The notes beneath the pieces are model-generated. The model ran no database searches. It was given only the letters and a program-made list of their open reading frames with translations, and had not been told where the DNA came from. Made by a program: the position numbers and the translations under genes. A stretch of 64,000 nucleotides of DNA from Alphaproteobacteria bacterium (GTDB taxonomy: Bacteria > Pseudomonadota > Alphaproteobacteria > MPNO01 > UBA830), in NCBI GenBank assembly GCA_965243135.1, contig OZ251539.1, positions 5,376,001-5,440,000 of the forward strand, written 5' to 3'. This document shows positions 21,114 through 31,677 of the stretch, piece after piece (positions within the stretch are counted from its first letter, which is position 1; each line of letters begins with the position of its first letter).

Positions 21114-21752
21114 TCAGTCGGCCCGCGCCAATTCGTCGAGCAGCGCGGCGCTCGCGCGGCGCAGGAGTTCCAGCGCGAGTTCCGGCGGCGGCGGCCGTTC
21201 GATCCACTGGATTTCGCAAAGGAGGTAGCCGGGGCCGGCCAGCCAGGCGATGCCCCTCGAATCGTCGATCTCGTCGTCGTCGACCGCGACGCCGTCCGGG
21301 TCGCAACCGACGATCCGGCAAACGAATTGCGGGCTGCCCATATGGACGAGGTATTCCCGCCGGTCGTCCTCCCCGTGCGCGAACAGCCACTCGTCCGGCG
21401 GTCTCCGCGTTTCCGGCTCGCCGGTTCCGTCCGCGATGCGGCAGACCAGCGCCGGCGTCGCCAGGTGAACGACATAGTTCCGCCACTTGCCGGAGGCGTC
21501 CTTCGGGCCGCGCGCGTACAGCCAGTCGTCGCGCCGGAATTCCGGCACGGGCGCGGTGCGGAGGCGGTAGAACTCTTCGAAGCGGGCCCGGTATTCGGGC
21601 GGGATCGGGCAGACGCCGCCCGCCCAGCCGCGGGCGTCGGCGAGAGGAATGGAGAAGGATTCGGCGACCGCCCCGACGGCATCGAGCGACGGGCCGCAAG
21701 CGACGACCGCGAACGCGCGGAATCGGGCGGATGTCCAGTGTCTGTCGTTCAC
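21114..21752 (-). CDS. hypothetical protein: HTH-like N-terminus plus a tandemly duplicated small domain
   Basis: Internal repeat DDWLYARG..RNYVVHLATPALVCRI / DEWLFAHG..REYLVHMGSPQFVCRI; start codon uncertain. Confidence 0.6.
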   Translation of the reverse strand: MNDRHWTSARFRAFAVVACGPSLDAVGAVAESFSIPLADARGWAGGVCPIPPEYRARFEEFYRLRTAPVPEFRRDDWLYARGPKDASGKWRNYVVHLATPALVCRIADGTGEPETRRPPDEWLFAHGEDDRREYLVHMGSPQFVCRIVGCDPDGVAVDDDEIDDSRGIAWLAGPGYLLCEIQWIERPPPPELALELLRRASAALLDELARAD

Positions 21753-22016
21753 GGCAGGTCTGCGCCCCCATGCCGGGAAGTGCTGCTCGACTTCCGGCGG
21801 GGAGCCCCTCGGACCGACGGCGGCTCCGCGCCCGGAAGCGCACGGCGCCGAATGATGGTAGGTTGCGGCGGAATGGTCAAACGGGTTTTTTTCGGACGGG
21901 GCGTTCGCCTTGACTCGCCGGCCGACCCGTCGATAGGGGGGCGTTTCCAAACGTTCTTGCGTGGAAAAGTAAAGGAGAATGACAGATGGGCAGGGCATTC
22001 GTGGTCAAGGCTGTGC

Positions 22017-22941
22017 ATGACGGTTTTCCTGTCGAAGGCGTACCAGCTCGCGGCGGGACATGCGCGCATCGGGTGGTCCAGTCTGGACAGCCAGGATCTG
22101 CGCGTCGTTCAGCGGAATCTGGAGCAGGGACATGGCCTCGACGACGATCAGGAAGACGCGAAGAGGTGTCGCGGTTTCCTCACCGAAGTGGGCGCAGGCG
22201 ATCTTCTCCTTTATCCGCATCAGCCGGCGAGAGATCAGTTCACGGTCGTGCGGGTGACCGGCGACTACGGTTACGATAGCGGATTGGAGAAAGACTTTCG
22301 GTCGTTTCGGCCGTGCGAGCTCGTCACTCCGAAACCGGTGTCGCGGTACGATGAAATCGTCCCTTCCTCGCTGCGTCACCGAATGGTGCGTCCAGGCCGT
22401 TTTTCCGAGGTAAGCGATACCGGTCCGTTGCGGGACTGCCTCGATCGCCTGTCGAAATCTGGACGTGACCAAGACGGTACGAACAGTGCAGCTCTCACAC
22501 GCATCCACGAGAAATTGAGAGAATCGCTTCCCGGTCAGCAAGAGTTCAGCAGAACCGACCTTTCGCGCAAGTTTTGCGCGGAACTGTCGCATGGGGTATT
22601 TCTGCGAACTGCAGGAAGGGCCTGCCGAGGCGGGTTCGGACATCGTCCTCACCGTCGGTGACCGTTTCCTGCCTGATAACGTCAACTTCAGGGTTGGCGT
22701 GCAGATTTTTTCCTACAAGGACTCGGTCGACGAACACGCGCTTAAAGAGAAGTTGGAACAACTTCTGCAAGGCTGGAAACGGAACGATTACGGAGCGCTT
22801 CTGACGACGGGCCGTTGCGACGAGGAGGCGGTGGCGATGCTTCGTCGTCACAATACGGACGATCGCCAACGACCGGTCAGGTTGATCGACGGCGACGAGC
22901 TTGCCGTTCTGCAGCATTTCCCGCCAGGGGGCGGGACCTGA
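22017..22941 (+). pseudogene. Mrr-like restriction endonuclease, frameshifted near 22590
   Basis: N-terminal RIGW...GDLLLYP...VTGDYGY region; C-terminal MGY...EAGSDIV...VGVQI...LLTTG...VRLIDGDELA. Confidence 0.65.
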
Positions 22942-23432
22942 CGGACGGCGCAACCGCGGCCTCCGGGTTCGCCAACGCGGGAAAGACAACTGCGCCAGCC
23001 GACGGGTCGGCGTGCGCTACGACAGGTTTTCCGCGTGGTTCCGGAAAGGCGGATCGCCGGTTCGGAACGCAGCACCGTTCGCCAGGCGGCGCCTGCCGGA
23101 CATGCCGGCCGTGCGACGGCGCATCGCGCCGTCCTCTTCGCCAACTTCCACGCCGTTCGTCTCGACAATGGCCGTCGTCGATAATGCCGGAGGGCCGGTC
23201 GTTCAAGCATCCTGTCGCGCACTCGTGACGGCGGACGGTTTCAGGCGATCCGCGCCGGCAATTCCTCTCGCTGCCGCGGGTTGTTGCCCAGGCAAGCGGT
23301 CGAAAGGTAAAACGGCGAAGCGCTTTGTCTGGCCGGGCGACGCCCGCCATTGCCGGAGGCTCCCCGGGCATCCCCCGGTCGGCCGCCGGAGACGGGGCAG
23401 GCGGCGTTCGCGCGTTGTGGAAGCAGCTGGTT

Positions 23433-25166
23433 ATGGAGACAGTACGGACCGGGCGCAGCCCAAGCGCCCTCGGGGAACAACTGGCGCCGGTGCTGTTGCG
23501 AATGCGGCGGGCGCGGGTCGAACCCGTGTGCCAGGTGACGATGTCGGTTCCAACCGACGATGTCTATGCAACGTTCGGCGCGACGCGGACCGAGGCGCTG
23601 CGGTGGATGCAGGAACGAGCGGGCCGACGGTTGCCGGCCGAGGCGTGGGACGGCGGCAGTTTCGATCTGGCCGATATCGGGGCGCCGCGGACGGAGGCGA
23701 CGTTCCTCGAAGAAATCGGCTACTGGGCGGGGCGGGTGGACGCCGTCGACGCGACCGCGCCGGAACGTTCCAGAGATACCGTCGGATTCAAGTCCATAAT
23801 CTAAATATTTGTGGACGCCGTCGACGCGACCGCGCCGGAACGTTCCTGGACCACCGAAACCGCGGTCGCGAAGGTCGCCGGGACGATCAGGTTCGGCGCG
23901 CGCCTCACCTGCGTCGTCCGCGGGGAAAGCGAGCCGTTCGTTCCGTCGGTTCCCGGGCCCGTGAAGCAGGTCGTCGACGGATGCGGCGGCGTTCTCGACG
24001 GCCGGTCGATCGGCGGGGGGCCCTGGCTCGTCGATACGCCGGAAAAGGCGTCTCGGCTCGTCGAGTTTATGTCCAGTCCCGAGCGCCAATGCGACGTTCT
24101 CGCTATTTCGACTCGGGGTTCGAGCGACGATCCCGACGCCACCCTGATTCAGGCCCGATCCGTGTTCGAGCGGACGATCGGAGCCGCCCATGTCGTCGTC
24201 CTCACGGCGACGGGCACCTACGCCCTGACCGAGCTGGTCGGAAAGGAGCTGTCGGTCTTCCGGCAGGCCGTCCGGACGTACAGGCCTGGTTTCGATCCGG
24301 AAGGCGCGGCGCCTCGCGAACATCCGTTGGCGCTCGGCATGCGCATAGCGGACTGGCCGGGGGGACCGTCCGGTTTCGAGGATTTCCTCGTGGCCAGCTG
24401 CCTGCGCGGCACCGTCGACCGGCCCGATCGCGAACGCCTGCTGCCGTCCTATGTCGCGGTCAAGCAGGCCGCGCAGAAGTTGCGCAAGAAAACCGCGGCC
24501 GCCGGTTCGATAACGGACTCCGAGCGCGTGGCGGTGCTGGAAAACGAAGAGCTCAGGAGGGACAACCAGGATTACGAAGCCCTGCTCGAGATCGCCGAAG
24601 AGGAGCTGAGCCAGGTTCGGGACGAGCGCGACGCCGCGAGAGGCGAAATCTGGCGCCTCAAGAACCGGGTCGAATATCTGGAGCGGCAGGACATCCGGGG
24701 CCCGGTTGCCAAAGACGAAATACCGGACGCTTTCGACGATCTGGAACGATGGGCGGCGCAGCATCTGGCCGGGAAGGTGACGCTTACCGGCCGCGCGATA
24801 CGGGCCGCGAAGGATTCGCCGTTCGAGGATGCGCGTCTCGCTTATCGCGCGCTCCTCATCCTGCGGGACCGCTACGTTCCCATGCGCCGGGAGGGCGGTC
24901 TCGATCTGAAGGAGGCGTACCGAAAGGCGCTGGAGAAGGAAGCGCTTCAGGAGCAGCCGACGTTCGCGGGAACGAGATCCGGGGAGCACGGAGACGTTTA
25001 TTTCGTCAGGCACGGGGGGAGAAGGCGGGAACTCGACCTGCACCTGAAAGGAAGCGACTCCCGGGATCCACGTTTCGGCTTTCGCCTGTACTTTTTCTGG
25101 GACAACGAGAACGAGGAGGTCGTCGTGGGTTCGTTACCGAACCACCTCAAGACGAGAATCACCTGA
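23433..25166 (+). pseudogene. hypothetical coiled-coil protein, interrupted by a 75-bp duplication/insert containing a stop
   Basis: ORFs 23325-23804 and 23811-25166 are in the same frame; removing 75 bp gives a 552-aa ORF. A decayed paralogue lies at 35238-35831. Confidence 0.75.
23736..23846. repeat. 36-bp perfect direct repeat flanking a 39-bp AT-rich insert (repeat-spacer-repeat)
   Basis: GTGGACGCCGTCGACGCGACCGCGCCGGAACGTTCC at 23736-23771 and 23811-23846; insert AGAGATACCGTCGGATTCAAGTCCATAATCTAAATATTT. Confidence 0.95.
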
Positions 25167-25550
25167 ACGGCGACTGGCCGGGCGTCCCGGAGGTCGGCTG
25201 AACTGCCGGCGACATCGGCTTGCGGTCTGTTTCGACCTCTTGCGCCCGGAGAGCCGGGCGGCGGAGGGATCGGCCGTTCCTTCGACGAGCGCTACGGAAA
25301 ATGTCTGGACTTTCATGCGGCTTCGCGGAAGCCAATTCCTTGCAGGAACTTTCGGGATCCGCCGGAAAGTCGGAATGCTTGCCTGCCCATCCCGCCGCCA
25401 AGGGCGAACGCATTCGAGGAAGCGGAGGTCCGAATCGTGGCGGCGGGCGGCCGAAAAAATGATCGTTCACGACTTCGTTTCAGCCAATGGCGCGGCGGGA
25501 TCTCCACGAGACGATCCGGTACGATGGCGCACGCGGGGGGCGGTCGTCCG

Positions 25551-25990
25551 ATGAAGATTTTCCTTGTTCTTGCGCTCGTTTTGGCAGTGCAAGGCGGATC
25601 GGCAGCGGCCCAGACATTCGAGGAATCCGAAGCGGCCTATAACCGCGGCGATTACACCACGGCTTTACAAGGCTTTCGACGGCTTGCCGAACAGGGAAAC
25701 GCTGGCGCTCAGTACAACCTCGGGGTTATGTACGCCCGCGGCGAGGGCGTTCCGAAGGGTGCCGCAGAGGCGGCGAAGTGGCACCGCCGCGCCGCCGAGC
25801 AGGGGGAAGCCGAAGCTCAGGCCATCCTCGGGGTGATGTACTCCCAAGGCACGAGCGTCCCGCAGGACGACACGGAAGCTGCGAAGTGGTATCGCCGGGC
25901 CGCCGAGCAGGGACACGCCGGAGCTCAGCACCTCCTCGCGGGCATGTACTACCAAGGCACGGACGCTCCGAAAGATGACGCCGAGGCGGC
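25551..25990 (+). pseudogene. secreted Sel1-like repeat protein, 3' truncated
   Basis: Signal peptide MKIFLVLALVLAVQGGSAAA and three AEQG.A.AQ..L..MY..G..VP repeats, then runs into an IS end. Confidence 0.85.
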
Positions 25991-26025
25991 GGGCCGACAA
26001 AAAAATGGCACAGCGCAAACGGCTC
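25985..26025 (+). repeat. isolated IS end, matching 29334-29374
   Basis: 37-bp identity GGCGGCGGGCCGACAAAAAAATGGCACAGCGCAAACG, then (G/C)CTCA. Confidence 0.8.
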
Positions 26026-26183
26026 AAGTTGCGGTCGGGGTGACGGAAATCCACAGTAATGCTGTCCTAATCTCAAACCACAAGAACACTATCCAAAGGG
26101 ACAGATTTCGTGTGGTTGCACAGGATGGGGTTGTCTGTGAATGAGAGGCTTGGAAGCGAGAGGGGAAGAAGGAGAAAACGAAG

Positions 26184-26825
26184 ATGACGACAGGTAGGCC
26201 AATGGCAGTGCACCGCCGGGTGTTCCAGCTACTGGAGGAGAGTAACAACGGGAGCAAGTTTCCCATAGGCACAGCATTTCAGTGCCAAGAGGGACTGCTG
26301 CTCACAGCCAAGCACGCAGTGGAGCAAACGAACAAGGCAATAAGCGTGAGGGCGTACGAAGGAGGGAGACAAGGCTCGGACGTACCAGTGCAGGTGGCAG
26401 GAACAAGAAAGGGGGACTTAGCCGTGCTGAGCGTGAAGTGGCCAGACGACTTGCCTACAGAGAAATTCCAGGTGGGCTACCCCCCAGCGACGCAGAGGTC
26501 GCTGGGGCTTGAGGTAATGGTAACAGGTTTCCCGGACCTGCAAGGCGGAGGGCAAAACCGGTTGAGGGCAATCAGGAGCTGGATCCAGTGTTCGTACGAA
26601 AAGGACGCGCTAACCCACTACGAGCTACCGCACCCGGCATTCCGAGGGCTGAGCGGAAGTCCAGTGTTGTTCCACGACTGGGGCGTATCCAATGGGCTGG
26701 ACTACGCAATCGGCATGGTCGTGGAAAGTGTAGCGCACGAACAGGAAGACGGGCACGGCAACAAAGTAGGAGTAGCCTACTGGGCGAAAGCGGTGGACTT
26801 GTGCGAGGCGCTGTTCGGAAGCTGA
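26184..26825 (+). CDS. trypsin-like serine protease, stand-alone
   Basis: GTAF, LLTAKH (His), DLAVL (Asp), GLSGSPV (Ser); no signal peptide. Confidence 0.8.
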   Translation: MTTGRPMAVHRRVFQLLEESNNGSKFPIGTAFQCQEGLLLTAKHAVEQTNKAISVRAYEGGRQGSDVPVQVAGTRKGDLAVLSVKWPDDLPTEKFQVGYPPATQRSLGLEVMVTGFPDLQGGGQNRLRAIRSWIQCSYEKDALTHYELPHPAFRGLSGSPVLFHDWGVSNGLDYAIGMVVESVAHEQEDGHGNKVGVAYWAKAVDLCEALFGS

Positions 26826-26989
26826 AGCAGGACTGGGTATGAGCAATCACGATAATCGATGCTCTCGCTTTTTTTGATGGGGTGTGATTGCCATGGAGGA
26901 GGGGACCGGTTTCCGTTTCCGCTCGGCCCGTTGTCGGGAACCGGAAGCGTGCACGCGGCGTTCACCTCCCTACGACGGACGGCCCCGCA

Positions 26990-27888
26990 CGGGTGACCGG
27001 AGGTGCGAGGCAGTATGTCGGGTGTATGAACGGCGCATCCCTCAAAGACCATTTCCTTGAGAACGCTATTGACGGTACTGGCGCGCATTTTCGCCGCGTC
27101 CCGGATCTGCCGCTGAGAAAGCGGAGTGTCGGCAAGCAAGCTTGCGCTTGCGAGGCGACATGACGGGAGCTTCGGAGATGGCTTCGACGATCTGCAGCGA
27201 CAGAATCGGTGTCTCGCGCAACTCAAGAGCAATCTCGTCCGGACTTGCGGAAGCGCGATGCTCGACGGTCAACAGAATACGGTGCTTTCTGCGCCGCAAA
27301 TAAAGGTTGGAGTCGCCCCAAGCATGCAGTTCGGAAGAACCGCGCAACGCCTGTCCGCCTCGCGCATGGGCGCTCTTGCGGGCATGGTGGACGAGGACGA
27401 CAGCGGCGTCGAAGTTGCGTTGCAGGTCGCGGAGACAAGCGAGCAACGGTGCGACTTCGCCAGCGGCATTCTCGGCGGTGGAGGCGAACCAAAGGATCGA
27501 GAACCAGCAGGCGTGGCCGGACGCGGCGAACCGTCAGGCGCTGCCTGTCGCCGTCCAGATCGAGGCGCACGGCGGAAACGTCGATCACGTCGATATCGAG
27601 GTTGTTGAGGTCAGTGCCGGCGGCTCGCCCGTCGAGGCGCTCGCGAACGACATGGGCGGCGTCTTCGACGGCGAACAGCAAGACACGCCCCGAAGCGGCG
27701 GGGAAGCGCCGCAGGCAGGGCGTACCGGTCGCGACGGCGACTGCGAGATCAAGAGCGAGGAAAGATTTGCCGCATTTCGGCTCGTCGATGCCGACCGCCT
27801 GTTCGCTCCACAGCTGTTCGACGAGCCACCGTCGCTCTTGCGGTTGCTCGGCAAGCTCCGCGGGCCGGCGGGTAGGGAAAACGTTCAT
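26990..27888 (-). pseudogene. AAA_25/RepA-like ATPase with C-terminal HTH, frameshifted
   Basis: RWLVEQLW, PKCGKSFLALDLAVAV, LLVLDPLVRLH, VVLVHHARK, LRGSSELHAWGD. Confidence 0.75.
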
Positions 27889-28391
27889 GACCGCGCTCCT
27901 CTGCGTTTGTCGGGCGTGAAGATCTCGAAGAACAGGCCGAGTTCGGTAATCACGCGCTCGGCCGCAGCGGCAAGCAGGTTATCGGCCATTCTGGTGAGGG
28001 AGCGGTAGTTTCCCGCAGCGTGAAGAGCTTCCTTGAGGCTCATGAGGTTGGGGTTGCCAGCCTGTTCGAGAAGGTGATCAAGGCAGGCAGCCAGTTCCCT
28101 GCGTTCGGCATAACTCATGACCAAGCGTTGGCGGATGCGGGACTCCAAGGGCTGCAGGTCGTTGCGTTGCAGCTTGTCGGTAAGGCGCGCATCGCCAGCC
28201 AGCACGACGCTGAGGATGGATCGGGAGTCGAACTCCGTGGCGGCAAGCAGGCGCAGTTCGTCGACCAGCAGGACGGGACGCAGCGCTTCAAGGTGGTCCT
28301 GCCAGCGCCCGCGCAGCACCTTGAAGCCGCCCCATCTATTGTGGGGGCGCAGCGGGACGTCGAAGAGTTCGCCCGCGATAGAAGTCGGCAA
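27885..28391 (-). pseudogene. ExeA-like AAA ATPase fragment of a Mu/IS21-like transposon module
   Basis: PVLLVDE, LSVVLAG, PLESRIRQRL, AAGNYRSL; 5' end missing, with internal deletions. Confidence 0.65.
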
Positions 28392-28393
28392 CG

Positions 28394-29374
28394 TTGGAGG
28401 AGGGGTGCGGCAGCGTCACCCAGGCGTCGAGAGCCGAAACCAGGGAGCTGGACGCGATGGTGGACAGGCTGTTCGAGGGAACGCCGCTGCTGGCCGGGCG
28501 CTGCAAGGACTTCAGCGCGGATCGGGGACTCGACAGCGGGCCGCTCAAGGCCAAGCTGTGGGACGAGCACCGCATCCGCCCGTTGATCGACACGCGCCTC
28601 ATGTGGCGGGAAGAGAAGAAAGATCCCGACTACGACCCTGACAAGCTGATCGTCCGCCCGCTCTTCGATGACAATGTCTACCATACCGAGAGGGGCGAGG
28701 TGCTGTGCAGATGTCCCGCAACCAACGTTCAGCGGCACATGGCGCGGCTTCGAAGCGAACCGCGGGGCGTGCGGCACCCTCAAGTACCGATGCCCGGCAG
28801 CGGCCTTCGGCTTGCGCAGGCCGCAAGGAATGCCACCGGGCCGCCAGGTGCCAGGCCGGCGAGTACGGTCGCATCGTCCGCGTCGACCTGGAAAAGCATG
28901 ACCGCCGGATCTTCACGCCGGTCCCTTGGGGCAGTCCCTCCTGGAAGCGCGGCTACAATCGCCGTTCCGCCATGGAGCGGATCTACAGCCGGGTCGACAA
29001 CGCTTACCGCATGGAGAAACACTACGTTCACGGTCTGAAGCAAATGCGTCTGCGACTCGGCCTGGTGACGGGGGTCATGATGGCGATGGCGCTCGGGCAC
29101 CTGCGGGCGGAACGTCAGGACCGCATGCGGTCGCTGGTCGGTCCGGTCGAGCTGCGCGACACGGGATGACCGCGGCGGTCGTCTGACTGCCCCCCCCCCC
29201 CGCAACTGGCCGCCTGCATTCAGGCCACGGCCCGGCTCGCCCCGGGTTCGCGGCGCGGTGCCGCTACAACAGAATGTTCGCTTTTAGTTCTAAAAAACTA
29301 AGCGTCCGTGCGATCCTTGCGGCCCCGTCGGCGGGCGGCGGGCCGACAAAAAAATGGCACAGCGCAAACGCCTC
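28394..29374 (+). mobile_element. partial DDE insertion sequence (IS1182/IS5-like transposase, 5' truncated, frameshifted)
   Basis: FSADRGLDS, YNRRSAMERIYSRVD; the end sequence is repeated at 25985-26025. Confidence 0.7.
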
Positions 29375-29676
29375 AGTCGCGTGCGGCGCGGTCTGGCCCC
29401 CGGAAACGCGGGCCATCCCAGTCCTGTTCGGTGCCGCATTGGCGCCCCCCGTCGCCAGCGGTGTCAGATACCCACATAAAGCGCCGTACCACGCTCCTCG
29501 GAGGTCCTGTCACCGTGCTCCGCGCGCCTTTCTTCGTCTCCGGAAAACCTTGTCGCGGGCTGGACAGGAGAGGTTTGACGCGAACCTCCTCTCGTTCCGC
29601 GCCTGTGCTCGAAGACCGACCCGGTAGCAGAACCACCCTTACCGGACAGAAGCCCGACGAGAACGAGGACATATGC

Positions 29677-29706
29677 TTGACGTAACGCGGATGCGGCGTC
29701 TACGCT
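29677..29706 (+). promoter_or_regulatory. probable higBA promoter
   Basis: TTGACG-N18-TACGCT upstream of higB. Confidence 0.45.
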
Positions 29707-29739
29707 CGGTTTCGGAGGCCACAGCCGAACGGAAGCACG

Positions 29740-30021
29740 TTGATCGTCGGCTTCGCGGACAAGAAAACGGAGACCTTCTACCGGGGAGGCAGGGTCGCGG
29801 CCTTCTCCGGCTTTGCGCGCACTGCGTCGCGCAAGCTGGACCAGCTGGATGCAGCCACAAGCCTTCGCGATCTGTCTCGCCCCGGTAACCGACTGGAAGC
29901 TTTGAAGGGCCGCCGCAAGGGGCAATGGAGCATCCGGATCAACGACCAGTGGCGGGTCTGTTTTGAATGGCCGGAGGGAAGCCCCGGTCCGACCGATGTG
30001 GAAATCGTCGACTACCACTGA
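29740..30021 (+). CDS. higB: HigB toxin (RelE superfamily)
   Basis: PGNRLEALKGRRKGQWSIRINDQWRVCFEW...VEIVDYH. Confidence 0.93.
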   Translation: MIVGFADKKTETFYRGGRVAAFSGFARTASRKLDQLDAATSLRDLSRPGNRLEALKGRRKGQWSIRINDQWRVCFEWPEGSPGPTDVEIVDYH

Positions 30022-30035
30022 GAAGGAGGCATGTC

Positions 30036-30344
30036 GTGACACGCGATCCCATCCACCCGGGCGAAACGCTGCGCGAGGACCTGGAGGCACTCGGGATGAG
30101 CGCGGCCGAGCTGGCTCGGCGGATTGAAGTTCCGGTGAACCGCATCACCGAAATCCTCAACGGTCGCCGCGCCGTTACCGGCGACACGGCGCTGCGCCTG
30201 GGGCGCTTCTTCGGGACATCGGGCGAGTTCTGGCTCAATCTTCAGAAGCTCTACGAACTGCGGCTCGCGGAGCGGAAGAACGGTGCGGAGATCGCCCGTC
30301 TGTCTTCGCTGGACGACGACGACCGTCTGCGCGCTTCAGGCTGA
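30036..30344 (+). CDS. higA: HigA antitoxin (XRE HTH)
   Basis: PIHPGETLRED...TGDTALRLGRFFGTSGEFWLNLQKLYEL. Confidence 0.93.
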   Translation: MTRDPIHPGETLREDLEALGMSAAELARRIEVPVNRITEILNGRRAVTGDTALRLGRFFGTSGEFWLNLQKLYELRLAERKNGAEIARLSSLDDDDRLRASG

Positions 30345-30385
30345 GGCGCCCCGGACCGGAGGCGGAAACCGCGTCGGGCGGCCGC

Positions 30386-30620
30386 TCAATCTGTTTCCAC
30401 CGCCAGATCGCGCTCAATGCTGTCGCCGATACGTGCGGCGGAAGCCTTGACGGTATCGCGGGCGAGATGGGCGTAGCGCGCCGTAGTCTGAACCTGGGTA
30501 TGGCCGAGCAACTTCCCGATCATCGGTAGGCCCTCGCCGAGCGCCAGCGCGCGGGAGGCGAAGCTGCGACGGAGATCATGGATGCGCACGCTGTCGAGCC
30601 CGGCGCGCGACCGGATGCGC
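30386..30620 (-). pseudogene. tyrosine integrase C-terminal fragment
   Basis: RIHDLRRSFAS...IGKLLGHTQVQTTARYAH. Confidence 0.85.
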
Positions 30621-30874
30621 CGCCCAGGGATGTTGCAGGTCGCGGCGACCGCTGCGATACCGCACTTGTCAGATTTGTTGAATTTGCGAGCCAATTGCTC
30701 GGGTGAACGATTCGAACCGATGGCGAGAATGCGCTTGCGGTCGGGAGCGTTGATGATTCCGTCGATCCGGTCGGGATCTTCGCTCGGTTTGCCGTTCTCG
30801 AAGAGGAAACTCCCGTTCGGCGCTTCGTAGGGATAGTCGAGCGTGCGGGCGATCCGCTTCCTCTGTTCGTCCAT
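30620..30874 (-). pseudogene. N-terminal fragment of an unrelated protein (GGCT-like AIGSN motif), fused in frame to the integrase fragment
   Basis: ILAIGSNRSPEQLARKF. Confidence 0.45.
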
Positions 30875-31278
30875 TGTCGAATTCCCTGCTCAGGGCCGCC
30901 CGAACTACGGCCGATGCGCCAAAAGACTGCGGCCTGCCCGCCTCGAGTCGAGCATACGGGCGGGCGAGTCGCTGCAACCGCCCGCTACGCGCCAGGTCGG
31001 CAACTGCAGAATTCCGCCGCTCGCACTGCCACGACTCGGCGGGCAGGCCGACGAACGGCGTTCGAACTCGCTTGAGAGGCGTCGAACGTTCCGTTCCGCA
31101 CACGACTTCCGACAGGACCGAACTGGCCGAACGCGGTGACATGCGGTCGACGCCGCCCTGACTGCTCTTGCCATGCGTAGGGTTCCGGAAACGGCCCGCC
31201 GAGAAAACGCGAGGGCGGCTGAATTGTCGACGATATCGGGCGGCGGCTCTGATCCCTTGCGCCCGGCTGCGAACCTTC

Positions 31279-31567
31279 TTTCTGTCGCCGGAAGAGCGTA
31301 GTAGTTTCCCTCGTCCCGTTCGCGCCGCGGGGCCGGAAAGAAGGAGCCGATGGCGAGAGACATCTACCAGGAGGTCACCGACACGATCCTGGCCCAGCTC
31401 GAAAAAGGCGTGCGCCCGTGGCAGCGGCCGTGGGAGACCGGCGTGGAGGCCGAGAAGCCGGCTCCGACCCTGCCCCTCCGCCACAACGGCGAACCCTACC
31501 GCGGCACCAACGTCGTTCTCCTCTGGTCCGCCGCCTCCGAGCGCGGCTACGACAAGCCCACGACCTA
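31279..31567 (+). pseudogene. ardC: duplicated ardC leader and first ~70 codons
   Basis: Nearly identical to the reverse complement of ~40120-40403. Confidence 0.9.
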
Positions 31568-31677
31568 CCGACGGGCGCAGGTTTTCGTCCTCGTAGCCGA
31601 GGGCCAGAAGATGGCCGTGGCGCTGGCCTTGGTTGTCCGACGGATGCTGCCCTTGCTCGCTGATAGTCGGCGACGCC
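31568..31677 (-). mobile_element. IS1380-like remnant; the other half is at 48139-48276
   Basis: LALGYEDEN recalls IS1380 transposase GYED.ND; joined to 48139-48276 through the swapped TSD. Confidence 0.45.

Noticed and set aside
23736-23846. Calling this a functional CRISPR array
   Set aside because: Only two repeats, the repeat is in-frame coding sequence, and no leader or cas genes are in the window. Kept as an ectopic-integration hypothesis.
30386-30874. Functional integrase for the island
   Set aside because: Only the C-terminal ~75 aa are integrase-like.
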